From contig OX442314.1 in the NCBI GenBank assembly GCA_949358305.1, positions 28,272,001 through 28,336,000 on the forward strand: a stretch of 64,000 nt of DNA. Direction: 5' to 3'. The stretch is from Strigamia acuminata. Taxonomy: Eukaryota. The notes under the pieces are model-generated. The model ran no database searches. It was not told the origin of the DNA and saw only the letters and a program-made list of their open reading frames with translations. A program made the position numbers and the translations under genes. Below are positions 59,699 to 64,000 of the stretch, in pieces; the stretch's first letter is position 1, and every line of letters starts with the position of its first letter.

Positions 59699-60719
59699 GG
59701 GCCGCTATTCCACGCGCGACATGGGTTGGCGCGACGTCGCGATCGTGGATACGTCCAACATTCGTTGTAGCGATGTCGCGCCAACCCATGTTGTGGTTAT
59801 TCGCTGTGGCGACGTCGCAACAACGGATAACCTGCGTATTTGTTGGCGCGACGCACATATTGGTTGGCACAACGTCGCTACAACGAATAACCACAACATT
59901 GGTTGGCGCGACGCACGTATTGGTTGGCGCGACATGGTTGATTTGTTCATGTATTTGTTTATTTACCTATTTACCTGTGTATTTTGTCCGCCACTCAAAC
60001 CAGAAGAATTTATACTTATATCTATTCTTAATGTGTGTTCTTATTCTTTTTACTCTAAAAATTACTTATTTTTGGCGAAAATTAGGTTTTCGTAGTTTTT
60101 GACCCATTTTAACAATTTCCTTGTCCAAAATGTTCGAAATTTGGTTTTTTGAGATTCCTAAATGGTTGCGTGGTAATTGCCACTTCATTTCAATCTAAAC
60201 ACCGTACTTTTCTGGGTCTTTTACCTCAGAAATGGTCGGTTTTGCGGTAAATTTGTTGCGCATGGCGATGAACCATGCAGCCAATCATTCCATTTTCTAC
60301 GAAAAATGTTTTAAAGTTGATTTTTATGGGTTTTTCGAATGGTTTGAGGTTTGTAACCAAAACATTCTATCCCAATTGTGTGTTTTTCGCAAAACTTTGA
60401 CAAAATGTTGGTTTTTTGTTGAAAAAAATGTCCAGTAAAGGGTTGGCACTCGAGCCGGCACGGTTTGAGTCATGTCGCGCCAATTCATCGCTGAAGGTTT
60501 GGGCAATGTCGCTCTTGTTCATACCGCCAATATCAGCAAGAGCGACATGTCGCGCCAATTCATCTTGCAGCACAAGATTTGTAGAACGTCGCTCTTGTTC
60601 ATACCACGCATATGAGCAAGAGCGACGTCGCGCCTGTGGATTTTTGCCGGCAGCAGCAAGATTGGTTGGTGCGAATTCGAATGTCGCGCCAACCCATGTC
60701 GGGCGTGGTACGTAACACC
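59699..60719. mobile_element. MITE with GG...CC ends, 8-bp duplication and TTGGCGCGAC subrepeats (Merlin- or Mutator-like)
   Basis: AGATTAGC at 59691-59698 and 60720-60727; inverted ccacg(c/g)cgacatgggttggcgcgac; empty site at about 42701-42710. Confidence 0.85.
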
Positions 60720-60960
60720 AGATTAGCATAAGTTTAATGAGACTCTAAACAAACATTCAGCAAGTCTAAATTGATGAAGTAAACAACGTTTTTGAGTCAA
60801 TTAACAGAAGAAGAAAATCTATCAAAAGATTAAGAAATATAGAAATATACAAGTGAGTAATTATGTGTTTCACATCATTCAATAGAAAATTACAAGGAGC
60901 ATTCAAATTGGTTAGATAAATACCTGACGTTTGCTTTCATGAATAAAAAGATAAGTGAAA
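60720..60960. repeat. Homolog of the channel-gene 3' flank, implying another unit to the right of the window
   Basis: Colinear with about 42702-42932 and 3721-3965. Confidence 0.75.
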
Positions 60961-60982
60961 GTATTGTGTTCTTTAAGTTGAT

Positions 60983-63900
60983 TGTTGTGGATATGTCGGA
61001 GTAAGAAGAAAGACGGCCATGTTGGTTAAGGAAATTAACATAAGTGATTTATTCAAAAAAGATAAAAATAGGTGGCGCTGAGAACAGCGCATCATAACAA
61101 ATAAAATGGTCGATTGACCAATGGAGTCAAACACTCCAACATCCCCTCTAATTGGGACAAACACCAATTACAAATTTAAAACTAACACAATAGGTCAAGT
61201 AAATTAGAAAGGTAATAAACAAATAACTAGTTAAACAATGTAATATACGGATTAATAAAAGATTAAATTTTAAACACAAATGGAAATAAGAATTATTCAA
61301 ATAAAAACACATGAAGAAACAAAACACAAATTCACTCGTTCACTGGATAGCCATAAAAGTCCGGTGGCTTTCTTGTGCGCACAGGACGTGGACTACGAGC
61401 AGGTGGAGGAGCAGAACTCGAGCCGGCAACAGCAGGCGGTGACGGCGCACGAGCAGGTAACTGAGGAGCAGGAACCTGAGCAGTGGTTTGTGGTGCAACT
61501 GTAGGAGCTGGTACGACAAGTGGAGCAGGTAAAGTCGGTGGAATGTTCATATTTGCAGGTGGAACTATCGGTTCTGGAATGGGCAACAAAGAAAGAAGCG
61601 AACTTCCGCAATTCTTCCCCTCAATATGAGGCAATTTAGCACCATCCGAGCGCGGGCGCAACTGATCCACGTGACGGCTCCAAACAACGTCCAATGCGAC
61701 CTCGATGTCGTACGTAGTTGAGGACGTTTTACGACAAACAATTCCAGGAACCCAACGTTTGGTGCCTCGATAATCACGAGCGAACACCAAGTCGTTTACT
61801 TCGAAATGTCGTGGCGTTTTGGTTTGTCCAGTGTCGGGCAACAACCTCGGGTTTAAAAGATGCAACCTGGAGCGCATTTCCCGATTTGTAAACGCCAAAG
61901 CAGCTGAAATGTTAGTTGTGGCATGCGGAGTGGAGCGATATGAAGCAAGAAAATGCGACACAGCGTCCGACAACGAAAAACTTACAGCCAACAACTTGTC
62001 AACCTGATTTTTGAAGGTTTTCACAAATCCTTCGACGGCACCATTTGTTGCGGGGTGGTACGGCGGCGAAAGAGTGTGACGAATACCGTTGACAGCCAAA
62101 AATTTACGAAATTCTTGTGACGTGAACTGAGGTCCATTGTCGGTGTGGAAATGCAACAGCAATCCATGGGACTCGAACCAAGACTTCACAATATGAGGCA
62201 ATTTAGCACCATCCGAGCGCGGGCGCAACTGATCCACGTGACGGCTCCAAACAACGTCCAATGCGACCTCGATGTCGTACGTAGTTGAGGACGTTTTACG
62301 ACAAACAATTCCAGGAACCCAACGTTTGGTACCTCGATAATCACGAGCGAACACCAAGTCGTTTACTTCGAAATGTCGTGGCGTTTTGGTTTGTCCAGTG
62401 TCGGGCAACAACCTCGGGTTTAAAAGATGCAACCTGGAGCGCATTTCCCGATTTGTAAACGCCAAAGCAGCTGAAATGTTAGTTGTGGCATGCGGAGTGG
62501 AGCGATATGAAGCAAGAAAATGCTACACAGCGTCCGACAACGAAAAACTTACAGCCAACAACTTGTCAACCTGATTTTTGAAGGTTTTCACAAATCCTTC
62601 GACGGCACCATTTGTTGCGGGGTGGTACGGCGGCGAAAGAGTGTGACGAATACCGTTGACAGCCAAAAATTTACGAAATTCTTGTGACGTGAACTGAGGT
62701 CCATTGTCGGTGTGGAAATGCAACAGCAATCCATGGGACTCGAACCAAGACTTCACGACAGCAATGGTGGCAGCAGCTGTGGTGGTAGACATCGCGCGCA
62801 CTTCACACCATTTGGATTTTGCGTCAACGGCCAGTAGAAACATCGAGTTGTGGAAAGGACCAGCAAAATCCAGGTGCACTCGACCCCACACCTGATCAGG
62901 GACAGGCCATTTAACGGTGTTAGTCTTTGGGGGAGCGGGCAGGCTTCGCTGGCAAACATCACAACTTTTGATCGTGCGCTCGATATCTGCAACGATTCCA
63001 GGCCACCAAACCGTGGCGCGAGCCAACGATTTAGTACGGACAATACCGTAGTGACCAGCGTGGAGTTCGATGAGAACCGTGTGACTGGTATGGTCTCGCC
63101 AATGTAACTAGGGGACTAATAACACTGGGTAGGGACGCATACATCACGTAATAATAACGAGACTCCCACAATATTGGTTGGTTGGCCTTTATTGTCGTTG
63201 TCTAGGGGTATGGGGAATCCTGCTACCCGTTGCAGGGGTGCTCGAAGGCACGCCGCACCGGCAACCGACCCGTCACACACTGGGCATGAGTCCAATGTGT
63301 GACGTGGTCGGTTCAACTTTACATTCATGCTGTACTTACCTACAGCCCGCAGTGACCACTCATGGAGGCTGTATTGGGTGGAGAACCCAGATACTGAGCA
63401 TCGCTGTGGTGAATGGGAAGGAGATGCAGAGTCCTCACAGCCGGGACAACCTTGTCCCCTCGATGACTACAACTGGAACTCTTACCACACGACCGTCCTG
63501 GTCGGTGTCCGCACTCTCTCTACATCTCCTCCCACACCACTCCGCTCCCTCCTTCCCCCGGGCTAGATCACTTTCCCCAATCAGGGGGTGATCTTGGGGC
63601 CGCACGGTGGTGTGTGGCAGTGACGTGGGTCACCCCAGGTGGCCAGACGGTCACAACCGAGCGCTGAACAGCAGAAGGAATCACCAATCTGTCAGATAAA
63701 AATAAAAAAATTGTCGTAAGTAGAAAATGATTCACGGTGCTTGAAATATAAATTCAAGTTCGATGATTTCGATTCCCATCCAGTTCGAACGTGGTGCAAT
63801 ACGGATTGCAGAACCTCGTCAGCTGCTAAAGCAGCTTTCAATGAAGCGGTGGACATTGGAAAATCTGTAATGGAGGTCGAAAATATCGAATTAATTCCAA

Positions 63901-64000
63901 TGTCCAAATCCTCTTTGCCATCAACAACTGGTTGCGGATTCCGGGACAAGCCGTCAGCGACAGCATTGTCTGCAGCGGGCACGTGCTCGATAACGTAATC
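60983..64000 (-). mobile_element. Decayed Ty3/Gypsy element: RNaseH end, integrase, PPT and 159-bp 3' LTR (continues off the right edge)
   Basis: NAVADGLSR, LHAGHYG...WWPG...CDVC, HLDFAGP, TDNGPQF, PYHPATNG. LTR 60983-61141 (TGTTG...CAACA); PPT 61142-61148. Confidence 0.9.

Overview
AT-rich, intron-containing animal (probably invertebrate) genomic DNA; the species cannot be identified from the sequence. The host content is a minus-strand tandem array of divergent DEG/ENaC (amiloride-sensitive/pickpocket-type) channel genes. Two copies are complete and can be spliced by hand into 11 coding exons with GT-AG introns and 2604 nt of CDS (about 867 aa): copy B at 25342->4392 and copy C at 50898->43639. 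Exon 1 of a third copy (A) lies at 514->20, and flank remnants of further units lie at about 58.3-61 kb. The main finding is that each gene encodes TWO DEG/ENaC subunits fused head-to-tail (TM1-loop-TM2-linker-TM1'-loop'-TM2'). The junction lies inside a single exon and the intron-phase pattern repeats in both halves. The rest is transposon-derived: a complete 14-kb Ty3/Gypsy element (apparently identical 1590-bp LTRs, -1 frameshift, extra non-env Zn-finger-like ORF3), an 8.9-kb coding-dead but young LTR element, an intact Tc1 (DD34E), LINE/Copia/Gypsy/MULE fragments, many MITEs and a 1-kb near-perfect palindrome with tRNA-like Pol III boxes. All recognised insertions fall in introns or intergenic DNA. 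Exon models, motifs and identities were read by eye, not computed.
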